NCBI GenBank assembly: GCA_964016885.1
Contig: OZ024743.1
Span: 56,730,001 to 56,794,000, forward strand
DNA: 64,000 nt
Reading direction: 5' to 3'
Source: Eledone cirrhosa
Lineage: Eukaryota
In this document: piece by piece, positions 14,601-28,027 of the stretch
How the letters are laid out: the number at the start of each line of letters is the position of its first letter
Numbering within the stretch: the first letter of the stretch is position 1
Notes under the pieces: model-generated
Databases searched by the model: none
What the model was told of the DNA's origin: nothing
Seen by the model: the letters and a program-made list of their open reading frames with translations, nothing else
Program-made: the position numbers and the translations under genes

Positions 14601-15155
14601 TTCTCCAGCTGTGTATTTTATCATTACGCTAGCTCTAAATTAAGATAATTATAAGTTAAATGTAGTTATGTACATGCAGTTAATTGGTAGAGTCGTTAGA
14701 ATATTGGATAGAATGCTTTGCAATATTCTTTCTGGCTCTATGCACACTGTGTGGTCAATTTTGCCTTTCATCCTTTGAAGTTCGATAAAATAAGAAAAGC
14801 GCCAGTCTAGTACTGGGGCCTATTCTTTCTCTATATCACTTTCTCACTTTCTCCTTCTCTGGAAGAAATCGACTGTGTTACGACCTGGAAAGGGGACAAG
14901 TTCTGCCAGGTTTAACCTTTTAGTTACCAACCTTGCCAAAACCGGCTCTGGTTCTATGAAATAAAACCATCCATCTCAAAATTCTTCATTAATTAAAACA
15001 GAGCGCATTTTGTTAGAAATGCTGTCATGAAAGTCATGATGTGACCCCTGTGACTTCATAGGGAGTTACAGGTACATACATACATATAATTACGTTTATA
15101 ATTGAACTAAAATTTGTTTACTTACAGTATTCCTCTGCTGGAAATCTGTCTCACA

Positions 15156-15243
15156 ATGTTGACGTGTATTAAAACTGAAGAGCGAGGTTTGGGTATGGAT
15201 ACTCTATCAGAAGACTCTCTCTGTGTTGAAGAAATCATTTCAG
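15156..15243 (+). CDS. First coding exon of an uncharacterised ~169-aa protein (MLTCIKTEERGLGMDTLSEDSLCVEEIIS)
   Basis: Exon 15128-15243 has acceptor ttacttacag| and donor CAG|gtaaag; ATG at 15156; phase 1 joins 24609. Confidence 0.65.
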
Positions 15244-15264
15244 GTAAAGTTATTATTTCAATGT

Positions 15265-15497
15265 CTTATGTTTTTCGTTTCCCAACCATAACACTAACCC
15301 TAACTCTAACCCTTAATTATTTTAAATATTTTGACTTTCGTTTCCCAACCTTAACACTAATCCTAACTCTAACCCTTAATTCTTTTAAATGTTTTGACTT
15401 TCGTTTCCTCAACTTTAACTCTGACTCTTAACTCTTTTAAATATTTTATGACTTTTGTTTTCCAACCCTAACCCTAACCCTAACTCGAACCCTTAAA
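15265..15497. repeat. ~59-bp degenerate tandem repeat containing CCCTAA telomere-like motifs
   Basis: About four copies of ttttcgtttcccaacc...ctaaccctaactctaacccttaa. Confidence 0.75.
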
Positions 15498-18329
15498 TCT
15501 TATCATCCTGTAAAGATTTAGCAGAAAATATCTAAAAATCGATTTGTTAATTCAAATGTTTATAGTATCTTAAAAAGTGGACAGGTCATTGTGAAAATGT
15601 GTAGTATTAGAGTAAACACTTCAATTCTTAATGTGAGGCAGTCATAGAGCTGTTTTGTATTTTACAAGAATGTATGGGTAATAAAGTTTCATCCAGTACA
15701 GGATGTTAAGAGTTTTTTTCTGTCACCCAGTTAAACACAACTACCTACTCTTAGATGCTTTTAGTGGAGTCCACTTTCTTGCAAGGACCCTAGTTTCCAG
15801 TCTAGAGTAGATACACTGTATCCCTGTGTGTCATAAGAGGCAACCAAAAGGTATGTTGCCCCTGGGAGAGCAGCCAGCTGTAAAAAATAGCTTGAAAAAA
15901 AAAGAAAAAAAAAAGACTTCATGAGTACAAACTGTCACGAGACCTCCAAGGCTAACCCCTGCTAATGTCTGCTTTAGCAGGGGTTAGCCTTAACCTTTTG
16001 TTACCATATTTCTGATGACATTCACTGTCTGTTTCAATTAATTTGGAAAATATTAATATAGAAATATAACAAACTTTCTTAGTTTGGAATACAACTTAAC
16101 AAAGGTTCTTATATAAAATTATTATGAAAGGGTTTTAGATAAATATTAATTTTTTTAAAATAAAGTGTTTTGTATCACGGGACCAGGGGCAGTTTGGTGC
16201 CAGAAGGGCTAAAATGCTTATTGTTCTTTCTTTGTTACCATCATTTCCCACATTTAAATTATTTAAGATTTCATAATTAATTATATAAATAATGAAAAAA
16301 AGGTGGGGAAGGAGTAAAGAAGGGCAGATCTGGCTGTATAGGAAAGTAGAAAAAAGGACTATAAATGAAAAGAAAAAGAAGGAAAGAGCAAGGGTTATGA
16401 AATAGAAGAAAGATGGGGGGGGGGGGGGTGACAGGCTCTACATCTAGGTCAGGGCAGTGTTTCGGCTGTGCACCGTGGACAAAAGTGAACCCCACAAGGA
16501 TGAATAATAGCAAAGCTAACCTCGGCAAGATATGAACTTAGAATATAAAGGGCCATAACTCTATGAAACAGAGCTTGGTGTCCAACACTCTAACAATACT
16601 GCCAATCCACAACCATGTTCCAGTGTAATAATTGTTTCTACTCTTTGGCACAAGGCCAGCAATTATCCCAGTGCATCACTGGTACTTTATTTTATCGGGC
16701 CCATAAAGATGAAAGGCAAAAAACTAACCTTGGTAGGATTTGAACTGAGAACATAAAGGGCCATACCTCTATGCTGCAAAGCAGGGTGTCTGACGCTCTA
16801 CTGATTCTACCAATCCAAATGAGAAAGTTATATATTACTAAATCCCTTCATATTCTTGATTATTTAAAAAAACATTTTTTAAAAGTAATCAGTGTCTTTC
16901 CTTAGAAATATGGTAATGAAAATGTCATGGGGGAAGAGTCTTCAGACACTCCTTCCATCGGGTCCTGTCAGAAGCAACTATTTCCAACTGATCCGGACGG
17001 ATCCCCAAGCAGGACCAGCCAAGTTCATGGATGTTATCCAACCATCTTGTTCAGGGTCTACCCTAGGGTTCCATGCCGGTTGATTTTTGCCCATAAAAAA
17101 GAAGCCTACATAGTGCACTCTACATGTGAAGGTGTATATATTTATCTAAAAACCTTTCATCATAATTTTATATTATATGGTTTGTTATGCTCCAAACACC
17201 AGCTTAATAATGAGAAAGTTAGTAATATCACTAAATCCTTCAAGATTCTTGATTATTTGAAAATCATAGGCAATGTGTTTCTTTCAAAATATGCTAATGA
17301 ATGAGTTAATCTGCTAACCACAGGCACTTAGCCTAGCCATCATTGGTGAGGACAGGGAGCTGATATTACAGACTTCTTGTTATCTGTGCTAGGTTTAGAC
17401 CTTTTATCACTGTATTTCTAACAAAATAAAATCAATGTTAATTATTTAATGAAGAATTTTAAAAGATTTACTCAAATTGTTATTTCATTACTAAGAAAGT
17501 AACTTCATGTAAGGTTCTTATAAAAAGTTATGTTGGAAGATTTTAATATAAATTGGAAACCTTTAAAATGGGTGGTTTTATTTCATAGAACCAGAACTGG
17601 TTTTGGCTGGGTTGGTAACTAAAGGCTTAAGAGTAGACTAATTGAAATATGATTCTCAATGTTGTCTGTTGTCTTTATCTTGTAACATCTCTATCTTATC
17701 TTCCACTCTGACACACGATGTACCTCTCTGTGTAGCCTCTTCATCTTCATACAACTGATATCTTCCCTGCTATGCCTCCCCAGAACTTGGCTCTCCTGCT
17801 TTACAAGTATTTACACTAGAACCAATGTCACTGTGCACTGATTGATGCCATGATAAAAACACACCCAGCCTACTTGTAAAGTGGTAGTGCTGGTGCAACA
17901 ATAAAGTGCATCCAGCCCACTCAGTAATGTATTAATGTCACAATGAAATGTACCCAGTAGTAAAATGTTTGGTGTTAGGAAGGGTATCGAGCCATAGAAA
18001 ACATGCCAAACTGGAATGTAGGAGCAGAGCAGGATGGGGTCATCAGACTTGTCTAATCTTTGATGTGACAACCTGTCTGTCTTATGTCAGTGTGAAATAA
18101 TACATAAAATGGGGACAATGATGTTTATTATTCTTTTGTGGGAGGCAGGGTCCTTAATGAAATAAGTCCAGTCCACTCTGTGAAGTGGTTGGTATTAGAA
18201 AGGATATCCAGCTGTAAAAATAATAAAAAGAAACTATAAAGTAGTCTGGTTAATATGAAGCATTGTGAGATATGTAATAAATGACTGATAAGTATTTCAG
18301 AAAGCTGGTACAATGCTGTTTAGGTCATG

Positions 18330-21040
18330 GTCTATCTCTAGCCAGGAGGCTCATCTGGCTGGTGCTTATCCTGGTCTAAGTCTTAAGTCTATCTCTAGCC
18401 AGGAGGCTCATCTGGCTGGTGCTTATCCTGGTCTAAGTCTTAAGTCTGTCTCTAGCCAGGAGGCTCATCTGGCTGGTGCTTATCCTGGTCTCAGTCTTAA
18501 GTCTGTCTCTAGCCAGGAGGCTCATCTGGCTGGTGCTTATCCTGGTCTAAGTCTTAAGTCTGTCTCTAGCCAGGAGGCTCATCTGGCTAGTGCTTATCCT
18601 GGTCTAAGTCTTAAGTCTGTCTCTAGCCAGGAGGCTCATCTGGCTGGTGCTTATCCTGGTCTCAGTCTTAAGTCTGTCTCTAGCCAGGAGGCTCATCTGG
18701 CTGGTGCTTATCCTGGTCTAAGTCTTAAGTCTGTCTTTAGCCAGGAGGCTCATCTGGCTGGTGCTTATCCTGGTCTCAGTCTTAAGTCTGTCTCTAGCCA
18801 GGAGGCTCATCAGGCTGGTGCTTATCCTGGTCTCAGTCTTAAGTCTGTCTCTAGCCAGGAGGCTCATCTGGCTGGTGCTTATCCTGGTCTAAGTCTTAAG
18901 TCTGTCTCTAGCCAGGAGGCTCATCTGGCTAGTGCTTATCCTGGTCTAAGTCTTAAGTCTGTCTCTAGCCAGGAGGCTCATCTGGCTGGTGCTTATCCTG
19001 GTCTAAGTCTTAAGTCTGTCTCTAGCCAGGAGGCTCATCTGGCTGGTGCTTATCCTGGTCTAAGTCTTAAGTCTGTCTCTAGCCAGGAGGCTCATCTGGC
19101 TGGTGCTTATCCTGGTCTAAGTCATAAGTCTATCTCTAGCCAGGAGGCTCATCTGGCTGGTGCTTATCCTGGTCTAAGTCTTAAGTCTGTCTCTAGCCAG
19201 GAGGCTCATCTGGCTGGTGCTTATCCTGGTCTAAGTCTTAAGTCTGTCTCTAGCCAGGAGGCTCATCTGGCTAGTGCTTATCCTGGTCTCAGTCTTAAGT
19301 CTGTCTCTAGCCAGGAGGCTCATCTGGCTGGTGCTTATCCTGGTCTCAGTCTTAAGTCTGTCTCTAGCCAGGAGGCTCATCTGGCTGGTGCTTATCCTGG
19401 TCTCAGTCTTAAGTCTGTCTCTAGCCAGGAGGCTCATCTGGCTGGTGCTTATCCTGGTCTAAGTCTTAAGTCTGTCTCTAGCCAGGAGGCTCATCTGGCT
19501 AGTGCTTATCCTGGTCTAAGTCTTAAGTCTGTCTCTGGCCAGGAGGCTCATCTGGCTGGTGCTTATCCTGGTCTAAGTCTTAAGTCTGTCTCTAGCCAGG
19601 AGGCTCATCTGGCTGGTGCTTATCCTGGTCTAAGTCTTAAGTCTATCTCTAGCCAGGAGGCTCATCTGGCTGGTGCTTATCCTGGTCTAAGTCATAAGTC
19701 TATCTCTAGCCAGGAGGCTCATCTGGCTGGTGCTTATCCTGGTCTCAGTCTTAAGTCTATCTCTAGCCAGGAGGCTCATCTGGCTGGTGCTTATCCTGGT
19801 CTCAGTCTTAAGTCTGTCTCTAGCCAGGAGGCTCATCTGGCTGGTGCTTATCCTGGTCTAAGTCTTAAGTCTATCTCTAGCCAGGAGGCTCATCTGGCTG
19901 GTGCTTATCCTGGTCTCAGTCTTAAGTCTATCTCTAGCCAGGAGGCTCATCTGGCTGGTGCTTATCCTGGTCTCAGTCTTAAGTCTGTCTCTAGCCAGGA
20001 GGCTCATCTGGCTGGTGCTTATCCTGGTCTAAGTCTTAAGTCTGTCTCTAGCCAGGAGGCTCATCTGGCTGGTGCTTATCCTGGTCTAAGTCTTAAGTCT
20101 GTCTCTAGCCAGGAGGCTCATCTGGCTGGTGCTTATCCTGGTCTCAGTCTTAAGTCTGTCTCTAGCCAGGAGGCTCATCTGGCTGGTGCTTATCCTGGTC
20201 TCAGTCTTAAGTCTGTCTCTAGCCAGGAGGCTCATCTGGCTGGTGCTTATCCTGGTCTAAGTCTTAAGTCTATCTCTAGCCAGGAGGCTCATCTGGCTGG
20301 TGCTTATCCTGGTCTCAGTCTTAAGTCTATCTCTAGCCAGGAGGCTCATCTGGCTGGTGCTTATCCTGGTCTCAGTCTTAAGTCTATCTCTAGCCAGGAG
20401 GCTCATCTGGCTGGTGCTTATCCTGGTCTAAGTCTTAAGTCTGTCTCTAGCCAGGAGGCTCACCTGGCTGGTGCTTATCCTGGTCTAAGTCTTAAGTCTG
20501 TCTCTAGCCAGGAGGCTCATCTGGCTGGTGCTTATCCTGGTCTAAGTCTTAAGTCTGTCTCTAGCCAGGAGGCTCATCTGGCTAGTGCTTATCCTGGTCT
20601 AAGTCTTAAGTCTGTCTCTAGCCAGGAGGCTCATCTGGCTGGTGCTTATCCTGGTCTAAGTCTTAAGTCTGTCTCTAGCCAGGAGGCTCATCTGGCTGGT
20701 GCTTATCCTGGTCTAAGTCTTAAGTCTGTCTCTAGCCAGGAGGCTCATCTGGCTGGTGCTTATCCTGGTCTAAGTCATAAGTCTATCTCTAGCCAGGAGG
20801 CTCATCTGGCTGGTGCTTATCCTGGTCTCAGTCTTAAGTCTATCTCTAGCCAGGAGGCTCATCTGGCTGGTGCTTATCCTGGTCTAAGTCATAAGTCTGT
20901 CTCTAGCCAGGAGGCTCATCTGGCTGGTGCTTATCCTGGTCTAAGTCACAAGTCTGTCTCTAGCCAGGAGGCTCATCTGGCTGGTGCTTATCCTGGTCTA
21001 AGTCACAAGTCTGTCTCTAGCCAGGAGGCTCGTCTGGCAA
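18330..21040. repeat. 60-bp tandem satellite, ~45 copies, adjoining a SINE 3' end
   Basis: Unit gtctgtctctagccaggaggctcatctggctggtgcttatcctggtctaagtcttaa with few variants; intronic. Confidence 0.97.
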
Positions 21041-21075
21041 GTACAATGCAGTCTGGGTCTAAAGTATGTCTCTAG

Positions 21076-21302
21076 CTTATCCCGGTTTTGTGGCATGAAG
21101 CAACTGAGGGTACAAGACTTCTCCTGGACCAGATGCCAGTCCATCGCAGGTTTCAACTCTCAGCTATTGCTGGTACTCATTTTCAGCAGAGTATACTGGA
21201 GCAATGTGAAATGATGTCTTTCGATCAAGACCACATCACAACCCAGCCCATGATATTATGATTGTAAGTCCAACACCCTAACCACTAAGCCACACACCCT
21301 CA
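21076..21302 (-). mobile_element. tRNA-derived SINE (Nin-domain-like)
   Basis: Head gtggcttagtggttagggtgttggacttacaatc on the - strand; body gcttatcccgg...ccagtccatcgcagg; inverted relative at 22592-22790. Confidence 0.75.
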
Positions 21303-21638
21303 CACAATACAGTAAAAATATATAAAGGGCAAAGGATGACAAATAAAACAAAACAAAGTAGTTTTTTTATCCAGTATAATTCAACATAATATTTCAGTTA
21401 TACTCTATTTTCAAATGTAAAACAAAAATGGGACAAAACAAAACAAAAAATGAACGAGTGATGTGTTCTTAACTGGTCCAAGTGTCTGGATTATGGATGC
21501 ATGGGAGCAGCCATAGTAGCAATACTGCTCCATCTAGCTTTAATCTATTAATTGTGGCTTTTGTGCGTTGATGATTACAGCCCAAAAAAAATTTGCCTAA
21601 AATGAAATTCATCAGCAAGATATGGTTCTCCTGCACAT

Positions 21639-21932
21639 ATACTCTAGGGTCTCGAACAATGTCTCCCCCATCTCCCCACTCCTATAAAATGTTGCTAATC
21701 TATCTCTGGAGAAATTTTATTTTAAGTGGTAGCATTCCTGAGACAATTTTCTTTTGATATTAAAAAAAACATTACACATGACAAAAAAGAACATTGCTAG
21801 AAATCCCATACGTTATAAAATATTGGGGTCTTAATATGTAAACTAAACGGCTAATTCAGGTTTTAAAAAAAAACAAGGGAGACAACTTAGAAAAATTACC
21901 TCCCCCCCCCCTATTACTTGGGACTTGGTAGT
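21639..21932. mobile_element. ~290-bp TA-flanked MITE (family also at 22040-22312, 24946-25336, 40120-40555, 49327-49610)
   Basis: Termini tactct..ggtc / gacc..agagta and a shared core tgctaatctatctc...ggtagcattcctg. Confidence 0.7.
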
Positions 21933-23019
21933 AGGTGAGTAGTAACACTGAATAAAAACTGATTTTGAACATAACCCAGCTATCCTATGTCTGTATGGAA
22001 AGCAGACATATGATGTATATAAGTATTTACATTTATATAAATTGGTAATTTTTCTAGGTTGTCTTCATTGATATTTTTTTTAAAACCAGAATTAGTTGTT
22101 TAGTTTACATATTGAGACCCCAACCCATCCTATTTATTACATAATGTGTGGGATTTCAAGTAATGTACTTCTTTTGTAATGTGTAATGTTTTTTAATGTC
22201 TAAAGAAAATTAATTGTCGCAGGAATGCCACCAATTAAAATAAAATTTCTCCAGAGATAGAGTAGCAAAATTTAATGGGGAGGGAGGGGGAGGGGATCGA
22301 GACCCAAGAGTACTTACCCATCTCTAATCTTCCACACCCCAAAATCCAGTCACATGTAACCTAATACACAACTTTGCACTGACTCCATAAACGAAGACTT
22401 CAAAAATCCCTCACTGGGGTCAGGCCATCCTGGTCCTCTTCATCTTCAACAACAAAAACCAAACGGTCACTGCTCATGGCCTAGTGGTTAGAGTATTAGA
22501 TCATATGGGTGTGTGTTTGATTCCTAGATCCAGTGGCATATTATGTTCTTGAGCTAGGTGCTTTATTATTTCATGTTAAATTTCATCATAGTGGAGATGT
22601 GGCCTAGTGGTAAGGGTGTTGGACTTACAATCATAATTTTGTGAGTTCGATTCCTGGGCTGGGTTGTGTGTTGTGTTCTTGAGCAAAACACTTCATTTCA
22701 CGTTTCTCTAGTATACTCAGCTGAAAATGAGTACCAGCAATAGCTGGGGCTTTAACCCTGCGATGGACTTAATGCCACAAAACTAGGATTAGGGTCCCTA
22801 TCATTAAAGTATTTGAGAGTCCTATAGCAAAGAATCTCGTATGAGGCCAGCTAAATCTACATAGGTATGAGCTGTGACATCAACATGATAGGATTAGAGC
22901 CCTTATAATTAAAACAGTCAAGAAACATCCTATGAGATAACTCATAGAGGGCCAGCTAAACCTACATAGGTGTGAGGTGTGAATTTCATTTTATTTCAAT
23001 TTTTTGAAAATGTGACATT

Positions 23020-24565
23020 GGTTGTGGGATGGTAGTTGTAATGGTGGTGGTGGTAGTATTGATGGTAGTGGTGGTAGTGGTGGTGGTAGTATTGATGGTA
23101 GTGGTGGTAGTATTGATGGTAGTGGTGATAGTGGTGGTGGGATGGTAGTTGTAATGGTGGTGGTGGTAGTATTGATGGTAGTGATGGTAGTGGTGATAGT
23201 GGTGGTGGGATGGTAGTTGTAATGATGGTGGTGGTGGTAATGGTGGTGGTGGTGGTAGTATTGATGGTAGTGGTGGTGGGATGGTAGTTGTAATGGTGGT
23301 GGTGGTAGTATTGATGGTAGTGGTGACATTGGTGGTAGGATGGTAGTTGTAATGATGGTGGTGGTAGTATTGGTGGTAATGGTGGTGGTGGTAGTATTGA
23401 TGGTAGTGGTGACATTGGTGGTAGGATGGTAGTTGTAATGATGGTGGTGGTAGTATTGGTGGTAATGGTGGTGGTGGTAGTATTGATGGTAGTGGTGACA
23501 TTGGTGGTAGGATGGTAGTTGTAATGGTGGTGGTGGTAGTATTGGTGGTAATGGTGGTGGTGGTAGTATTGATGGTAGTGGTGACATTGGTGGTAGGATG
23601 GTAGTTGTAATGGTGGTGGTGGTAGTATTGGTGGTAATGGTGGTGGTGGTAGTATTGATGGTAGTGGTGACATTGGTGGTAGGATGGTAGTTGTAATGGT
23701 GGTGGTGGTAGTATTGGTGGTAATGGTGGTGGTGGTAGTATTGATGGTAGTGGTGACATTGGTGGTAGGATGGTAGTTGTAATGGTGGTGGTGGTGGTAG
23801 TATTGATGGTAGTGGTGACATTGGTGGTAGGATGGTAGTTGTAATGATGGTGGTGGTGGTAGTATTGATGGTAGTGGTGACATTGGTGGTAGGATGGTAG
23901 TTGTAATGGTGGTGGTGGTGGTAGTATTGATGGTAGTGGTGACATTGGTGGTAGGATGGTAGTTGTAATGGTGGTGGTGGTAGTATTGGTGGTAATGGTG
24001 GTGGTGGTAGTATTGATGGTAGTGGTGACATTGGTGGTAGGATGGTAGTTGTAATGGTGGTGGTGGTAGTATTGGTGGTAATGGTGGTGGTGGTAGTATT
24101 GATGGTAGTGGTGACATTGGTGGTAGGATGGTAGTTGTAATGGTGGTGGTGGTAGTATTGGTGGTAATGGTGGTGGTGGTAGTATTGATGGTAGTGGTGA
24201 CATTGGTGGTAGGATGGTAGTTGTAATGGTGGTGGTGGTAGTATTGGTGGTAATGGTGGTGGTGGTAGGATGGTAGTTGTAATGGTGGTGGTGGTAGTAT
24301 TGGTGGTAATGGTGGTGGTGGTAGTATTGATGGTAGTGGTGACATTGGTGGTAGGATGGTAGTTGTAATGGTGGTGGTGGTGGTAGTATTGATGGTAGTG
24401 GTGACATTGGTGGTAGGATGGTAGTTGTAATGATGGTGGTGGTAGTATTGGTGGTAATGGTGGTGGTGGTAGTATTGATGGTAGTGGTGACATTGGTGGT
24501 AGGATGGTAGTTGTAATGGTGGTGGTGGTGGTAGTATTGATGGTAGTGGTGACATTGGTGGTGGA
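23020..24565. repeat. GGT/AGT/GAT-rich minisatellite (~60-80 bp units)
   Basis: Repeated gtgacattggtggtaggatggtagttgtaatggtggt; open in all three - strand frames. Confidence 0.95.
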
Positions 24566-24608
24566 GAGAAATGTGCTCATTTTACATTTCGCTTTCCAAT
24601 TTTTTCAG

Positions 24609-24761
24609 AAAACTTGATCCATCAAATGAACAACAGCTCCCTGAATGAGACAGGGGTGAAACTTGAGCCCCAGAATGTCTCGTTTGGACAATTTAAATCC
24701 ATGAGGGATACAATGCATGAAGATGCAAAACTGTATTATCAGAGACTTAGAGAACTGGCAG
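24609..24761 (+). CDS. Internal exon of the uncharacterised small protein (ENLIHQMNNSSLNETGVKLEPQNVSFGQFKSMRDTMHEDAKLYYQRLRELA)
   Basis: Acceptor ttttttcag|; 153 nt open, phase 1-1; tandem donors G|gtcgta and C|gtaagt (24764), both in phase. Confidence 0.75.
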
Positions 24762-26319
24762 GTCGTAAGTAGAATCATCATCGTCATTGTTTAACGTACA
24801 TTTTCCATGCTAGCATGGGTTGTGTGTGTGTGTATATATGTATGTGTGTGTGTATGTGTATGTATATATATATATGTGTGTGTGTGTGTGTTTACTGTTT
24901 CTTTGTCACAAAATTTAGCAGTTCAATAACAAGAGATTGATAAAGTACTCTTGGGTCCCAAATAATAGGGTAGGGTGGGGGGTTTGGAATAAGGGGGTGG
25001 AGTGGAAAATCGGTAATTTTTTAAAGTTGTCTCCATGGATTAAAAAAAACAAAACAGAATTAGTTTAGTTTACATATTGAAACCCCCAACCCATCCTATT
25101 TATTGTATAACATATGGGATTTTTAGTAATGTGCTTTTGTGTTATGTCTAATGTTTTTTAATGTATAAAGAAAATTGTCGCAGGAATGCTACCAGTTGAA
25201 ATAAAGTTTTGCAGGGGATAGATTAGCAAAATTTAATAAGCAGGGTGTAGGAGTGGAATAAGAGCAGAGTGGGGGTGAAAAAACCTGAAAATTTGATAAG
25301 TGGGGGTGTGGGGCGATTATTCGACACCTGTGGGTATCAAATGTGAAAAACAAAGTGCTGGGGTCAATATGATCAGCTAAATCCATTCAAGTGGTGCCCC
25401 AGCATGGCCACAATCTAATGACTGAAACCATTAAAAGAATACCATCTTCACCCACTTGACAGGGTCGTGGGGACATAGACCTCAAACACTCTTTCCAACA
25501 GGTCCTGTCAGAAGCAACCTTCTCAAACTGAACCAGTTGGGTCCCCAAGGGAGACCAGTCAAGCTCATTGATGCTATCTAAGTTTCTTATTCTGGGTCTT
25601 CTGCAGGTTGATTTTTAACTGTAAAATCTGTCCAGCAATTCTTTCTTGACTTTCTAACCACACACCCGCAGTATCAGAGCTGTAATCTCTCAATTCGGAG
25701 AAGTAGTGGCACTACCTGAAGTGGCACTCTGATATCTCTGAGCTATGCACTCAATTGAGTAACATTACTCCAAAGACCCTTCCTAAGAACCCCATCTTTA
25801 CCTTTAGGCTCAAATCAACAACAAACATCTTAAGGTCATTTTTGCTGCTAAAGCTTCTTCAGTTTACTCTATTGTCAGCAACTCCTTTGTTTTCATTTCA
25901 ACCAACTTTAGCCATGCCTTTCTTGGTCTTCCCCTTCCCCTACTTTCTTCCACTTTTATTTCCATCACTCCTCTCACCCAGTCACTTTCACTCTTCCTCA
26001 ACACATGACCCAACTATCTCATTCTATTTCTCTTCAAAACATTCATCACTAGCTCTATTCCCTTCTCATAATTCCTCTCACCCAGTCATCTTTCCTCAGC
26101 ACATGGCCCAACCATCTCATTTCATTTCTCTTCACAATATATATCACTGGCTCTATTCTCATCTCTTAAACAATTACTTTCATCTTTCTTTAACACATGA
26201 TTCACTTCAATAACCTATATATAATAATCCATTGGTTTTCTGTTACTCTTTAAGAATGATTCGTTTTATGGACATATTGCAGTTTTTTTGTGTGCAAAAT
26301 TTGCTGGTAGAAGCAAGAT

Positions 26320-26630
26320 CACTATAGGTCTAGGAGCAGGGCTGCTCACATCATAGATCTGAGAGCAAGGCTATCCCCATCGTAGATTTATGCGTGGAGC
26401 TGCTCACATTATAGATTGAAGATTTACACTGCCTTCGTCACAGCATCATAGATCTTGAAGCAGGGCTGCCTTCATTATAGATCTCGTAGCAGGGCTGGCC
26501 CCATCAAAGCAGTATAGATCTAAGAGCTTGGTTACCCTCATTATAAATCTGTAAGACTATCCTGATCATAGCATCATAAATCTAAGAATAAGGCTACTTT
26601 CATCATAGATTTAAGAGCAGTGTTATCTTC
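26320..26630. repeat. Degenerate ~30-40 bp tandem repeat
   Basis: Recurrent catcatagatct..gagcagggctg. Confidence 0.7.
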
Positions 26631-27344
26631 ATCATTGCTTATTCTAAGACAATTTGAGTAGAATTGGGATTTGGCTGCTATTTCAAGCAAGTTGAGTGTT
26701 GTCTTTTATTACTATATTTCTAATATAGTAATAAAGACACTGCCTCTGGTTTTCAATTAAATTTGGAAATAATCAAGAATTTAGTAATATAACTAACTTT
26801 TATAAATGTTTTTTTGAGTTGATGTTTGGAACATAATTAACATAAAATTATAATAGAAAGTTTTTAGGTAAATATAAGCATTTTAAAACAAACAGCTTTA
26901 TATTGTAGAACCCAGTTTTGGTATCAAAAGTGTTAAGGTGTGAAGAGAAATAAATTATTTTTTGTTAAAGTTTTAAAAATTAAAAAAAAAATTTGCTGAC
27001 CTTGTTCCTGTAGTAGAAACCATTATTATTTTTATTTTTCTATTTTGGGGGCAAATTCTTGAGATTTTATTTTAAAATGTAGATAATTTCATGTCTAAAA
27101 AAAAAAAACCTACTCCATTGCCCCCCCCCCCCCCCCCCCCCCCTTCCATTTTAGCATTAATCTAATTAAATTGATTTGATAAAAATAAATTAATTTAACC
27201 TTCTTTGACATCATTTAAATTTCTTTTCCTTCTCCCATCTTCAGTTTTGTGAGTTCTCTTCCTCAATTCCTTTTGTCCCTCCTTTCCTCTTCCACACACT
27301 CCACCTCCATCAACACAGATAATGAGATTTAGTTTGTTAAATCA

Positions 27345-27988
27345 AAGTGTGATGTATGTATGTGTATATATATATATGTGTGTGTGTGTGTGTGCATGTA
27401 TGTGTGTGTGTGTGTAAATATATAGATGTATGTGTTTATATATACATGTATGTGTGTGTGTGTATGTATGTATATGTTTATATATATAGATGTATATGTA
27501 TGTATATGTGTGTATATATATAGATGTATATGTATGTATATATATATGTATATGTATGTATATATATATGTGTATGTATGTATATATATATGTATATGTA
27601 TGTATATATATATGTATGTGTATGTATATATATATGTATGTATATATATATATGTATGTATATATGTATGTATATATATATGTATGTATGTATATATATA
27701 TGTATGTATATGTATATATATGTATATATATATAGATGTATATGTATGTATGTATATAGATGTATGTATGTGTGTATATAAACAGATGTATATGTATGTA
27801 TATGTTTATACATATATATATATATATATTTTGTGTGTGTGTGTATATATATATATATACACACAAAATATATATATATATGTATAAACACATACATACA
27901 TATACATCTGTTTATGTACACACATACATACATACATATACATCTATATATATATACACACATACATAAAATGTGTATGAAAACTTGT

Positions 27989-28027
<39 letters not shown>

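Noticed and set aside
18313-21075. 920-aa ORF as a bona fide gene or a CRISPR-like array
   Set aside because: It is a pure 60-bp tandem repeat with no unique spacers, is intronic and SINE-associated, and the open frame follows from the unit length.
22314-22445. - strand exon with a GTAAGT donor
   Set aside because: The donor overlaps a MITE terminus and the frames are closed.
22986-24580. Pro/His/Thr-rich ORFs of about 500 aa
   Set aside because: All three - strand frames are open across a CAC/CAT minisatellite, so this is a repeat artefact.
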